NCBI GenBank assembly: GCA_036395115.1 | Contig: DASWDU010000039.1 | Coordinates: 2 to 64,001 of the forward strand | Length of the DNA: 64,000 nucleotides | Origin: Thermoplasmata archaeon | GTDB taxonomy: Archaea; Thermoplasmatota; Thermoplasmata; RBG-16-68-12 | Direction of reading: 5' to 3' | In this document: positions 55,927 through 64,000 of the stretch, in pieces | Layout of the letters: every line of letters starts with the position of its first letter | Numbering within the stretch: the first letter of the stretch is position 1 | Program-made: the position numbers and the translations under genes | Notes under the pieces: generated by a model | Seen by the model: the letters and a program-made list of their open reading frames with translations, nothing else | Databases searched by the model: none | Told to the model about the DNA's origin: nothing

Positions 55927-56849
55927 TCCGCGCACCCGGGGTCGCCGGGCAAGTGCGTCCCGAAACACTCGTAGGCGCCTCGGTAGAAGTCCACCTTCTC
56001 CCGGAGCGCCTTCGCCCTCCGAAGGCCCGCGCGGGCGTCCTGGAGGGAGGGATTCGAGGCGAGCGCGCGCTCGAACGCCTTCATCGCCAGGGTCGACTCG
56101 GAGAGGCCGAGGTGCGCGAGCCCTTTGACGTACCAAAGCCACGCGGCGTCACGGATCCGGAGCGCGCGGTCGGTCCAGAGGACCGTCTCGCCGTGGCGGC
56201 CTCCCTTCTGGCACAGGAGGACGCGGTTCGCGATCGCGTCGAAGAAATCGGGATCCAGATGGAGCGCCTCGTCGATGCACTCTGCGGCCGCCGGCTCGTC
56301 GCCGAGACGCATCAACGCGGCCCCCTTGTTGTTCCAGGCGGCCACGTGCTCCGGACGCCAGCCGAGGACCGTGTCGTAGCAGGAGATCGCGCCCCGGTAG
56401 TCTCCGAGCTCGTGGAGGACCGCACCTTTGTCGATCCAGGCCTCGGTCGACCGGGGGTGGATCGCGAGGACGCGATCGTACGCTTCGACCTCTTCCGGGA
56501 AACGGCCGAGCTCGTGGAGCGTCGAGGCGAGGCCCATCCAGGATTCCTCCGACTCCCCGTTGATTTTCAGCGCTTGCGCGAACGACTCGAGGGCGCCTTC
56601 CAGGTCGTTCGCCCTCCGGAGCACATGTCCGCGCATGAGCCAGGCCGCATCGTACTCCGGTTTCAGGCGCAGGGCGACGCCGAGCTGTCTCAGGGCGCCG
56701 TCGAGGTCGCCTTGCTCGGCCGACCGACGCGCCGCCCGCATCGCCGCCTCCAACGACTCGACGCTGGGAAGGAACCGCTCCTCGACGGCGGGAGGGACCA
56801 TCACCCGTCCGCCTCCCGGTCGACGTGACGGAGGCACGTCGTCCGCCAC
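55887..56849 (-). CDS. TPR-repeat protein with a Cys-rich C-terminus
   Basis: 320-aa ORF. TPR units include AWLMRGHVLRRANDLEGALESFAQALKINGESEESWMGLASTL. The C-terminus is CFGTHLPGDPGCAECAISVRC. Confidence 0.55.
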   Translation of the reverse strand: MADDVPPSRRPGGGRVMVPPAVEERFLPSVESLEAAMRAARRSAEQGDLDGALRQLGVALRLKPEYDAAWLMRGHVLRRANDLEGALESFAQALKINGESEESWMGLASTLHELGRFPEEVEAYDRVLAIHPRSTEAWIDKGAVLHELGDYRGAISCYDTVLGWRPEHVAAWNNKGAALMRLGDEPAAAECIDEALHLDPDFFDAIANRVLLCQKGGRHGETVLWTDRALRIRDAAWLWYVKGLAHLGLSESTLAMKAFERALASNPSLQDARAGLRRAKALREKVDFYRGAYECFGTHLPGDPGCAECAISVRCREVTP

Positions 56850-59386
56850 TTGAGCGCGGGTTCATGGTCCGGCTTGAGGGCGAGGGCACGGTCGTACGCT
56901 TCGAGCGCATCCCGATACCGCTCGAGTTGCTGAAAGGCGACGCCCTTCCCCGTCCATGCGTCGGGGCTGCGCGCATCCCGCTCGATCGCCTGGTCGTAGC
57001 GGAGCAGCGCCATCTGCGGATCACCGCCTTCGAGGGCCAGCTCCGCGAGCTGCAAGAGGACCTGCGTGTCCTCCTTCTCCGGTTCGATCGACTCGACGAA
57101 TGCCGCGAAGTCCGGGGAGACGGACTCCCTCGGGGGCTCCGCTTCCGGCTCGTCCTCGATGTCCGCGAACGCTTTCGCGAGGGATGGCAGGTCCGCCATC
57201 GCCGCGGCCGACGACTCCGCTTCGGGAGGGGAGGGCACCCCGATCGCTTCCCGGGCCGCGCGCACCGCCGGCGCGTCCGGACCGATTTCGGAAGCGCGCT
57301 CGAGGGCCGCCGCCGCGGCGTCGCGGTCGCCGAGGGCCGCAAGGGCTCGGGCTTTGCCCGCCCACGCGTCCACGAGGCCCGGCTCGAACGAAAGGGCCTT
57401 GTCGAAGTACTCGAGCGCCTCCTTCGCGCGACCGTGGTCGAGGAGGATCCTGCCTTTCGCCAGCCATGGGGCCGCGAAGTTCCAGCGGAGCGCGATGGCG
57501 CGATTGTAGTACTGAATCGCGGCGCCCCACCGGCCCTTGCGCTCTAAGAGCTCGCCTTTTCGGAACACGAGCAGCGCGTTCCGCGGATCCTTGCCGAGGG
57601 CTCGCGTGAACAGTGCTTCCGCGGCGTCCGTATCGCCGAGGTCGAGGAGGGAATCGCCGAGGCCGAGCGCCGCGCGCGCCTCGCCCGGATCTGCGTCGAG
57701 GACCGCCTGGAACAGGAGGACCGCCTCGTTCGGATGACCGTCGCGCCGCAGCTGCTCCGCCCGGAGCGCGATCTCGCCTCCCTTCGAGGGATCGATCTTG
57801 AGCGCCTCGCGCAGGGCGTCCACGGCTTCGGGGAGCCGGCCGCCGCCGAATAAGAGGTTCGCGCGCTCGAACCAGGCCCGTCCGTTCTTCCGATCGAGCT
57901 CGATGACGCGCGCATAACACTGCAGCGCCTCCCCGGTCCGGTTCAAGAGGACGAGCAGTTGCGCGCGGTCGAACCATACGCCGATGTCCTCGGGGTGCGC
58001 GCGCGACAGCCGGTCGTAACAGGCGAGGGCCGCGGCGTAGTCGCCTTCCTCCAGGAAGCCGTGCGCTTCGTCCCGTAGCCGCGATGTCCGTTGCTCGCCC
58101 TCGACCTCCCCGGGGACCAACTCGTACCGGATCGCCCGCGCGAGTCCGTCGGAGACTCCTTTGCACTGCGTCAACGCCTTCGCATCGGCGCCGCGCAAGG
58201 CGTCCATGTCCGGAAACGCCGTCGCGATGACGTCCGCGCTGGACTCGGACATGCCGGGGACAGTACCGAGGAAACGAAGGGCTTCGCGGCGCGCCGCGCC
58301 CTTCTCGAGGGCGACGAGCCGCTCCGTCGCCGCGCGGGCCTCCGCCTCGACCTGCTGCTCCTTCGACGTCACCGCCATTTCGCGGCCCGCGAGGAAGTCT
58401 TCTTTCGCCCGGATCTCCTCGGACCGGGAACGGACCCACGACTCGACGTCCGCGCGTTCCTTCGCGAGGGCGCCTTTCATCGCTTCGATTTCGGCGAGCG
58501 CCTCGTCGTCGGCGAGTTCTTCTGGCTCCGGTTCTGGCTCGGGCTCCGGTCCGGGGCCCGGGGGCTCCGGCAGCGGCAGCGGAGGTTCGGGCCGGGGAAT
58601 CGGCTCCGGCGGGAGCGGTTGGGGAGCGGGCAGCGCGACCTCCTCCGAGTCCGGGGGCTCGATGTCCGGGGGCGCCGGTCCCGGTCCCGACTCCAACGGT
58701 GGGACGACTTCTTCATCGGACTCCGGGAGCCGCGACGGCTCCGCCGCGGCCTCGAAGGTGGCTGGCTCCACCGATTCGATGGGGGGCTCGCGGTCCAATG
58801 GGCCTGTCCCCTCGGCCCCGACCAACGTCTCGGCGTGTTCGAGGACGTCCGTCCGGAGCCGATACTCGGAGGCGAGGTGGGAGGGCATCCATCCGCACGC
58901 CGACAGGTAGCGGCAGACCGCGACGAGGGCCGCGCGTTCCTCCGAACTCCTCGGCGGGGCCCGCCGGCCATCCCGCAGGAACGCATGGAGGATCTCCGCA
59001 TCTCCGACGCTGACCACGGGATGCGTGTCCATGTCGAGTCGAAGGAGCTGGACCAGACGGACCGCGTCGGCGGAGGGCGTCTCCGAGGGCGGGGCATGCC
59101 ATTCGACCTGGGAGAGGTCCGCTGCAACGAGCGCGACGTCCCGCGGGTCCACGAGATCGATCAACGACGGGCCGGGAAGGAGCGCGGGGTCCAGCCAGAA
59201 CGGACAGTACGCGACGAGGTAGTCGGTGCACGCGCCGCACAGGGCGTCGCGACTCGAAGCGCCGCATCGAACGCAGCGCGAGGGGGGCACGCGCGCGACG
59301 ATGGAAAGAGGGTCATATAAAGACTGGGCGGCGAATGACAACCGCGGCAACGAACCGCCGAAGCGGCGCGAGAACACCGGTCGCAT
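56801..59386 (-). CDS. Large multidomain protein: N-terminal zinc ribbon, Pro/Glu-rich (PEPE) linker, helix-hairpin-helix motif, and at least 8 TPR repeats
   Basis: 861 aa. It contains CVRCGAS...CGAC, PEPPGPGPEPEPEPEPEE, the HhH motif LRFLGTVPGMSESSADVIATAFPDMDALRGADAKALTQCKGVSDGLARAI, and then canonical TPRs. Confidence 0.6.
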   Translation of the reverse strand: MRPVFSRRFGGSLPRLSFAAQSLYDPLSIVARVPPSRCVRCGASSRDALCGACTDYLVAYCPFWLDPALLPGPSLIDLVDPRDVALVAADLSQVEWHAPPSETPSADAVRLVQLLRLDMDTHPVVSVGDAEILHAFLRDGRRAPPRSSEERAALVAVCRYLSACGWMPSHLASEYRLRTDVLEHAETLVGAEGTGPLDREPPIESVEPATFEAAAEPSRLPESDEEVVPPLESGPGPAPPDIEPPDSEEVALPAPQPLPPEPIPRPEPPLPLPEPPGPGPEPEPEPEPEELADDEALAEIEAMKGALAKERADVESWVRSRSEEIRAKEDFLAGREMAVTSKEQQVEAEARAATERLVALEKGAARREALRFLGTVPGMSESSADVIATAFPDMDALRGADAKALTQCKGVSDGLARAIRYELVPGEVEGEQRTSRLRDEAHGFLEEGDYAAALACYDRLSRAHPEDIGVWFDRAQLLVLLNRTGEALQCYARVIELDRKNGRAWFERANLLFGGGRLPEAVDALREALKIDPSKGGEIALRAEQLRRDGHPNEAVLLFQAVLDADPGEARAALGLGDSLLDLGDTDAAEALFTRALGKDPRNALLVFRKGELLERKGRWGAAIQYYNRAIALRWNFAAPWLAKGRILLDHGRAKEALEYFDKALSFEPGLVDAWAGKARALAALGDRDAAAAALERASEIGPDAPAVRAAREAIGVPSPPEAESSAAAMADLPSLAKAFADIEDEPEAEPPRESVSPDFAAFVESIEPEKEDTQVLLQLAELALEGGDPQMALLRYDQAIERDARSPDAWTGKGVAFQQLERYRDALEAYDRALALKPDHEPALKWRTTCLRHVDREADG

Positions 59387-59445
59387 GCCGACACCTTAAT
59401 CGGCCGCGAACCGCTTGCGCGCGGTGGTACACCGTGGAGCCCCGC

Positions 59446-59904
59446 ATGCGACGAGCCCGCGCCTCGGACTTCCCAATCTTGTGGGGTGCGACCCTACAAA
59501 CGGCCTGGGACGACATCCCGGAGGACGAACGGATGCGCCTCGACCGCCGACGCTGGGAGGCCCATTTCCGCAAGAAGATCGAGCCGTACTTCGAAGGAAA
59601 CAGGACCGAGAGGTATGTCGCAGAAGGGCCGTCCGGGGAATTCCTCGGATACCTGATCCTCGGCGAGAGCGGCTTCCTCACGCCGGAAACGCACGCGTTC
59701 ATCTACGACATTTGGGTCGCCCCGGACCAACGAGGCAAGGGAGTCGGGAAGTCGCTCGTCGAATGGGCCGGCGAGTGGGCACGGAAGCGCGGGCATCGGA
59801 AGATCAAGCTCGAGGTGGCCGAGACGAACGCGCGGGCGCAGCACGTCTACGAGAGCCTCGGCTTCCGCGCGGAGCGCCGTTATATGGGGAGGATCCTCGA
59901 GTAG
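59446..59904 (+). CDS. GNAT-family N-acetyltransferase
   Basis: IYDIWVAPDQRGKGVGKSLVEWAGEWARKRG is the acetyl-CoA binding motif A (Q/RxxGxG/A). Confidence 0.75.
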   Translation: MRRARASDFPILWGATLQTAWDDIPEDERMRLDRRRWEAHFRKKIEPYFEGNRTERYVAEGPSGEFLGYLILGESGFLTPETHAFIYDIWVAPDQRGKGVGKSLVEWAGEWARKRGHRKIKLEVAETNARAQHVYESLGFRAERRYMGRILE

Positions 59905-59941
59905 GGCGAGAGGGTGGTTCCGCCCAGATTGAACCGAGGCC

Positions 59942-59954
59942 AAAGGATTATATA
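59942..59954 (+). promoter_or_regulatory. Putative TATA box (ATTATATAA) upstream of the A-type Fe-S carrier gene
   Basis: The only strong AT-rich octamer in this GC-rich spacer. It lies about 40 nt upstream of the ATG, with a GGGG purine tract before the start. Confidence 0.4.
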
Positions 59955-59989
59955 ACGCGCCTATACTCGTACAGGCGAAGGGGCTGAAC

Positions 59990-60379
59990 ATGTTCAACGT
60001 CACCCTATCCGACAAGGCCGTGGGCAAGCTCCGCGACCTGATTGGCCAGCACGGCACGTCCGAGACCACGTACCTTCGGATGTACGTGGCCGGCGGCGGA
60101 TGCTCCGGCTTCCGCTACGGGATGGCGCTCGACAACAAGCTCCACGACGGCGACGAGGTCCTCGACGCGAGTGGGATCAAGGTCGTCGTGGACCCGAACA
60201 GCGTGCAGTACCTCGACGGCTCCAGCGTCGACTACACGGAGAGCGTCGCGGGGAGCGGGTTCGTCGTGAGCAACCCGAACAACTGGTCCACGTGCGGCTG
60301 CGGCCAGAGCTTCAACCCGAAAGGCGAGGAAGCGCCGGACCAGCACGAGGGCCACCACGCCCACGCGCACACGCATTAG
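59990..60379 (+). CDS. Iron-sulfur cluster insertion/A-type carrier protein (HesB/IscA/SufA family) with a His-rich tail
   Basis: GGGCSGF ... CGCG are the three conserved Cys. The C-terminus is HEGHHAHAHTH. Confidence 0.85.
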   Translation: MFNVTLSDKAVGKLRDLIGQHGTSETTYLRMYVAGGGCSGFRYGMALDNKLHDGDEVLDASGIKVVVDPNSVQYLDGSSVDYTESVAGSGFVVSNPNNWSTCGCGQSFNPKGEEAPDQHEGHHAHAHTH

Positions 60380-60429
60380 AGCGACACGCCTTTTCAGTGC
60401 CTTCGTGGGAACGAGCGGAGCTCCTCTGA

Positions 60430-60639
60430 CTAGCGAGTCGTGCTCAGGAGGGTGCGCTGCCGCTGAAGGTGGCCCTTGTACGCGTCGATCCGGCGAAGGA
60501 CCTCTCGAATCTCGGGAGTGTCTCCGATCCCGACGGCGTCCTGGCGTAGGGCGTCGAGGGTCCCGTCCACCGCGTCGAGAACCCGGACCGCATCTGCGGG
60601 TCGGAGCAGATCAATCGTTTCCTCAAGGACGCGAGTCAT
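60430..60639 (-). CDS. Hypothetical small helical protein
   Basis: 69 aa (MTRVLEETIDLLRPADAVRVLDAVDGTLDALRQDAVGIGDTPEIREVLRRIDAYKGHL), high third-position GC. Start taken as the internal Met at MTRVLEE within ORF 60430-60918. Confidence 0.3.
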   Translation of the reverse strand: MTRVLEETIDLLRPADAVRVLDAVDGTLDALRQDAVGIGDTPEIREVLRRIDAYKGHLQRQRTLLSTTR

Positions 60640-61016
60640 TTTGCACCGTCGGCGGGACGGATTTCCGCTATATATCATTGGCGGAGCAGAAAATTCCAGG
60701 CCGCAGGCCGTGGCATGGGACGACTCGGGCGGACCGCGCGCTCTTATCTCCCGGTCACATTCCGAGACTCGATGGCAAAGACGGCAGGCGTCCGCGTCGG
60801 GGCGAAACGGACAATCGAACTGGACGGCGTTCGGGTCACGAACAAGACGGCGAACTCGATTCTCGTCCGACGCACTCCCAAGGGGATCGAAGTCACCGAC
60901 TGCTGCCTTGAGGAGCAAGGCCTCTAGCGTTGGACCACCGAGCGGGCGATGATCTCCCTAGCCGACGGCCCGAAGCCTTTTCCGCTCGAAGATCCTTGGA
61001 CGGCCGCGGGAGAAAC

Positions 61017-62666
61017 ATGGCGAAGAAGAAGGCCCTCTCCTCGTTCCCGAAGCTCGCCCGACAAGTCCTGAACGACTATCGGACATTCCATCCGACGCTC
61101 GCGGCCTCATCGGGCTTGCACGCGTACGACGGCCGATTGCCGCATTACACGCCTTCGTCGGTGCGGCGTTTCGCCCAGACGACGCGACGGCACCTCGAGT
61201 CCCTCGATCGATTTGCCACTCGGGACGGACTCTCCCCGAACGCGAAGCTCGAGCTCGGCGTCCTCCGAGGAATGCTCCTGACCGAGCTTTCGGACATCGA
61301 GGATCGTCGGCGGCCGTGGAGCCTTCCGACCTACTCCCTGTATCGGATGAACATCGTGAACTACCTGTTGCGGAGCTACGCGCCGTTCGACCGGCGCATG
61401 CGCGCCGTCGCGAACCTGCAGGCGGACGTTCCGCGATTTCTGAAGGACCTTCGAGCGATCCTCGATCGCCGCCTCGCCGAGACGTTCTACGAAGTGGGCG
61501 AGATGGCGGCGCGGGGGATCCTCGATTCGTACTCGAGGGAGCTGCCTGAACACCTCGCGAAGGCTTCCCCCGCCGTGAGGGACCTCGTCGGGCGGACGAA
61601 CGACAGGGCGAAGTCAGAACTCGAGCGGTTCGTCAAGGCCCTCCAGGGAGAGTTCAAGCCCCGGATCAAGGCGGATTTCGCGCTCGGCCGAGCGAAGTAC
61701 GCGCGGATGATCTACGCCGAGCACCTGGCGAAGATCCCGATCGAGCGGTTGCTCGAGGTGGGCCGTGCGGATCTGAAGGAGAACCGGATTAGACTCCAGG
61801 AGGTCGCGAAGCAAATCGACGCCTCGAAGACGCCCGCGGGGGTCCTCGAAGAAATCGAGCGGGACCATCCGACCGCGGACTCGCTGATCGAGGACACCCG
61901 CCAGATGCTCGAAGAAATCCGGCAGTACGTGGTGGACCACGACATCATCGCCGTCCCGTCGGAGGAGCGGGCGCAGGCGATCGAGACGCCCCGCTTCTAC
62001 CGCTTCGCGACCGCGGCGATGAACTCCCCGGGGAGCTTCGAGAAAGTCGCGAAAGAGGCCTTCTACTATGTCACCCCGGTCGAAGACGACTGGGCGCCGG
62101 AGAAGCGAGAGGAGTGGCTGCGTCACCTGAACTACACGAGCCTGCGGAACATCTCGGTGCACGAGTGCTACCCGGGCCACTACGTCCACTTCTTCCACCG
62201 ACGGCGCGTGAAGTCGGCGGTGCTGCGCTCCTACTATTCGTACGCGTTCACCGAGGGCTGGGCGCACTACTGCGAGGAGATGATGCCCGACCAGGGCTTC
62301 GGCGACCTTCGGCTGAGGCTCGCGCAACTCCAAGATGCGCTCCTGCGCGACTGCCGCTACATCTCCTCGATCATGATGCACACGGGCGGATGGTCGTGGG
62401 AAGACGCGACTCGGTTCTTCATGGAGAACGCATACCTCGACCGGCTGCCCGCGGAGCGGGAGGCGAAGCGTGGGACGTGGGACCCCGGTTACTTGAACTA
62501 CACGCTGGGGAAGCTGATGATCAAGAAGCTGCGGACGGACTGGTTCTCGAAGCACAAGGATGCGACGCTGCGCGAGTTCCACGATTCCCTCCTCGCGTTC
62601 GGCGCACCCCCGCTCGGACTCGCGCGCGAACATCTCCTCGGGCCCGATGCAGGGCCCGCCCTCTGA
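61017..62666 (+). CDS. DUF885-family protein (putative zinc-dependent hydrolase)
   Basis: 549 aa. The conserved region around VHECYPGHYVHFF and the overall length fit DUF885. Confidence 0.7.
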   Translation: MAKKKALSSFPKLARQVLNDYRTFHPTLAASSGLHAYDGRLPHYTPSSVRRFAQTTRRHLESLDRFATRDGLSPNAKLELGVLRGMLLTELSDIEDRRRPWSLPTYSLYRMNIVNYLLRSYAPFDRRMRAVANLQADVPRFLKDLRAILDRRLAETFYEVGEMAARGILDSYSRELPEHLAKASPAVRDLVGRTNDRAKSELERFVKALQGEFKPRIKADFALGRAKYARMIYAEHLAKIPIERLLEVGRADLKENRIRLQEVAKQIDASKTPAGVLEEIERDHPTADSLIEDTRQMLEEIRQYVVDHDIIAVPSEERAQAIETPRFYRFATAAMNSPGSFEKVAKEAFYYVTPVEDDWAPEKREEWLRHLNYTSLRNISVHECYPGHYVHFFHRRRVKSAVLRSYYSYAFTEGWAHYCEEMMPDQGFGDLRLRLAQLQDALLRDCRYISSIMMHTGGWSWEDATRFFMENAYLDRLPAEREAKRGTWDPGYLNYTLGKLMIKKLRTDWFSKHKDATLREFHDSLLAFGAPPLGLAREHLLGPDAGPAL

Positions 62667-62724
62667 CACGTCGAATGGCCGAGCACAGGCGCGAGCCGCT
62701 GCATGCGAGTCACGGATCGTTGCC

Positions 62725-63537
62725 TCAATCGACCCGGAACGCGGCCGCCTCCCGGGGAAGGCCGGCGGCGAGATCCGCCACGAAGTCCCGCACACGGTCC
62801 GGATCCGGGTTCTCCGCGGCGAGGCGGACGATCGCGCTCCCAACGACGATCCCATCGGCCCCCCGGGAGGCGAGGGTACGGACGTGGTCCCGCGTCGACA
62901 CGCCGAACCCCACGCCCAAGGGAAGGTTCGTGACCCGATGCAAGGAGGCAATCCGGTTCTCGATGTCCTCCGGGAGCTTCGACCGGATGCCCGTCGTGCC
63001 GTGGTGAGCAACTACGTACAGGAAGCCCCGCGACGCACCGGCGATCGCCGCGGCGCGATCCGGCGGGGTCGCGGGGGCGACGAGTTGGACATGGTCCACG
63101 CCCGACCCGTCGAGGGCGTCCCGTAGTTCATCGGAGGTCTGCGACGAGACATCCGGGATAAGCAGACCGTCGACTCCGGCGTCCGCGATACGCTCCGCGA
63201 AGGCCTCCACGCCCATTGCGAGCACGGGGTTCAGGTACGTCATCACGACGAGAGGAATCTCGGTCCGCGTCCGAAGCGACGCGGCGAGAGATAGGACGTC
63301 GCCGGGGCGGGTGCCCCCGCGGAGGGACCGCTGCGCGGCCTCTCGGATTTCCGGACCGTCGGCAATCGGGTCGGAGAAGGGAATTCCCAGCTCGAGGATA
63401 TCCGCGCCGCCCGCTTCGCAGGCGAGGGCCAGGGCGTCCGTCCGCCTCAGGTCCGGATCGCCCGCCATGAGATACGTGATGAGTGCGGCCCGATGTCCGA
63501 TGCGGGCGCGTTCGAACGCCCGTGCAATCCGAGTCAC
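62725..63537 (-). CDS. trpA: Tryptophan synthase alpha chain
   Basis: ALITYLMAGDP...ADILELGIPFSDPIADGP ... GFGVSTRDHV is the TrpA TIM-barrel pattern. Confidence 0.85.
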   Translation of the reverse strand: MTRIARAFERARIGHRAALITYLMAGDPDLRRTDALALACEAGGADILELGIPFSDPIADGPEIREAAQRSLRGGTRPGDVLSLAASLRTRTEIPLVVMTYLNPVLAMGVEAFAERIADAGVDGLLIPDVSSQTSDELRDALDGSGVDHVQLVAPATPPDRAAAIAGASRGFLYVVAHHGTTGIRSKLPEDIENRIASLHRVTNLPLGVGFGVSTRDHVRTLASRGADGIVVGSAIVRLAAENPDPDRVRDFVADLAAGLPREAAAFRVD

Positions 63538-63585
63538 AGCGAGCTCCCCTTGCGCCGTTGCGGCGGTAGCCGCGGCGCCGCGGTC

Positions 63586-64000
63586 TTAGCCATGGAGGAG
63601 CTCCTCCAGCTTCCGAGCCGGATCCGGGGCGGTCATGATCGACGTCCCAACGAGGACCGCGTCCGCCCCGGCCGCGAGTAGGGCTTCGACTTGGTCTCGT
63701 CGCTCAATCCCGCTCATCGCGATGACAGGACGATCTTTCGTCCTCGAGGACAGGAGATTCGCGGTCGTCCGAAGGTCGACCTTCATCGTGGATAGATCGC
63801 GATTGTTGATCCCGAAGATGTTCGCGTCCGTCCGGATCGCCTCGTCCCACTCCCGCATTGTATGGACCTCGAGAATCACTTCGAGATCTTGATCATGGGC
63901 GGCATCGATCAGGCCCTGCGACGCTCCCTCGAGGAGGCCGCGAGAAAAGAGCGTCTGGATGACGAGCACCGCGGACGCGCCGGAGGATGCGGCGGCCTCG
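63586..64000 (-). CDS. trpC: Indole-3-glycerol phosphate synthase. Only the C-terminal part is in the window; the 5' end runs past the window boundary.
   Basis: LEVILEVHTMREWDEAI...IFGINNRDLSTMKVDL...VIAMSGI...GADAVLVGTSIM is the TrpC C-terminal half. The gene is upstream of trpA on the same strand. Confidence 0.75.
   Translation of the reverse strand, partial: EAAASSGASAVLVIQTLFSRGLLEGASQGLIDAAHDQDLEVILEVHTMREWDEAIRTDANIFGINNRDLSTMKVDLRTTANLLSSRTKDRPVIAMSGIERRDQVEALLAAGADAVLVGTSIMTAPDPARKLEELLHG

Noticed and set aside
54784-56142. Whether the 452-aa protein upstream of fibrillarin is a divergent Nop5
   Set aside because: It has no Nop domain or coiled-coil pattern. It is built of canonical TPR units.
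60715-60927. 70-aa plus-strand ORF (MAKTAGVRVGAKRTIELDGVRVTNKTANSILVRR...) upstream of the DUF885 gene
   Set aside because: It overlaps an alternative minus-strand ORF and has no motif support. The coding signal is ambiguous, so it is not reported as a feature.
1-64000. CRISPR arrays, IS elements or transposases, integrases, inteins in large proteins (CarB, ThrRS, P-type ATPase, Cdc6)
   Set aside because: No short regularly spaced repeats, no transposase or integrase-like ORFs, and protein lengths match the intein-free homologs.

Overview
This looks like a high-GC (about 68%) archaeal chromosomal segment, probably from a Thermoplasmatota-like euryarchaeon. The proteins are not acidic, so a haloarchaeal origin is unlikely. 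Coding density is high, with many 4-nt start/stop overlaps, and most of the very long ORFs in the track are antisense artefacts of the GC bias.

Recognisable archaeal housekeeping content:
- Replication and division: Orc1/Cdc6, FtsZ.
- Translation and RNA processing: archaeal-type ThrRS with N-terminal editing domain, fibrillarin, ribosomal protein S15, RtcA, tRNA-Gly(CCC).
- Purine, pyrimidine and cofactor metabolism: PurP, PurE, split GuaA (two subunits), CarA/CarB, FolP, TrpA plus a partial TrpC at the window edge, an ArfC/RibD-type riboflavin reductase.
- Other conserved genes: deoxyhypusine synthase, S-adenosylhomocysteinase, DNA polymerase IV, a PAC2 proteasome chaperone, a DHH/RecJ-like phosphoesterase, a P-type ATPase and two CPA-type antiporters.

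Accessory-looking or unusual content:
1. A divergent HxlR/NmrA pair bracketed by a roughly 50-bp imperfect direct repeat that encodes a conserved Arg-rich mini-peptide.
2. A divergent module: a GcvT-like aminomethyltransferase opposite two tandem amine-oxidase/CrtI-family flavoproteins. This may be a split N-demethylase analogous to dimethylglycine oxidase.
3. A minus-strand operon upstream of, and divergent from, cdc6: a helical-repeat protein, an unlisted J-domain-like ORF with an HPD motif and a zinc knuckle, a 522-aa helical protein with Rho_N/HeH modules and a C-terminal zinc ribbon, then deoxyhypusine synthase.
4. Three TPR proteins, one of 861 aa with a zinc ribbon, a PEPE linker and an HhH motif, sitting where Nop5 would be expected upstream of fibrillarin.
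5. Three conserved N-termini (GcvT-like, the HAD-IB hydrolase, the J-domain ORF) that have no in-frame ATG/GTG/TTG; in the first two a CUG codon lies exactly where the start is expected.
6. Two likely frameshifted loci, at about 3.0-3.7 kb and 14.5-14.85 kb.

No CRISPR array, transposase, rRNA gene or intein was seen.
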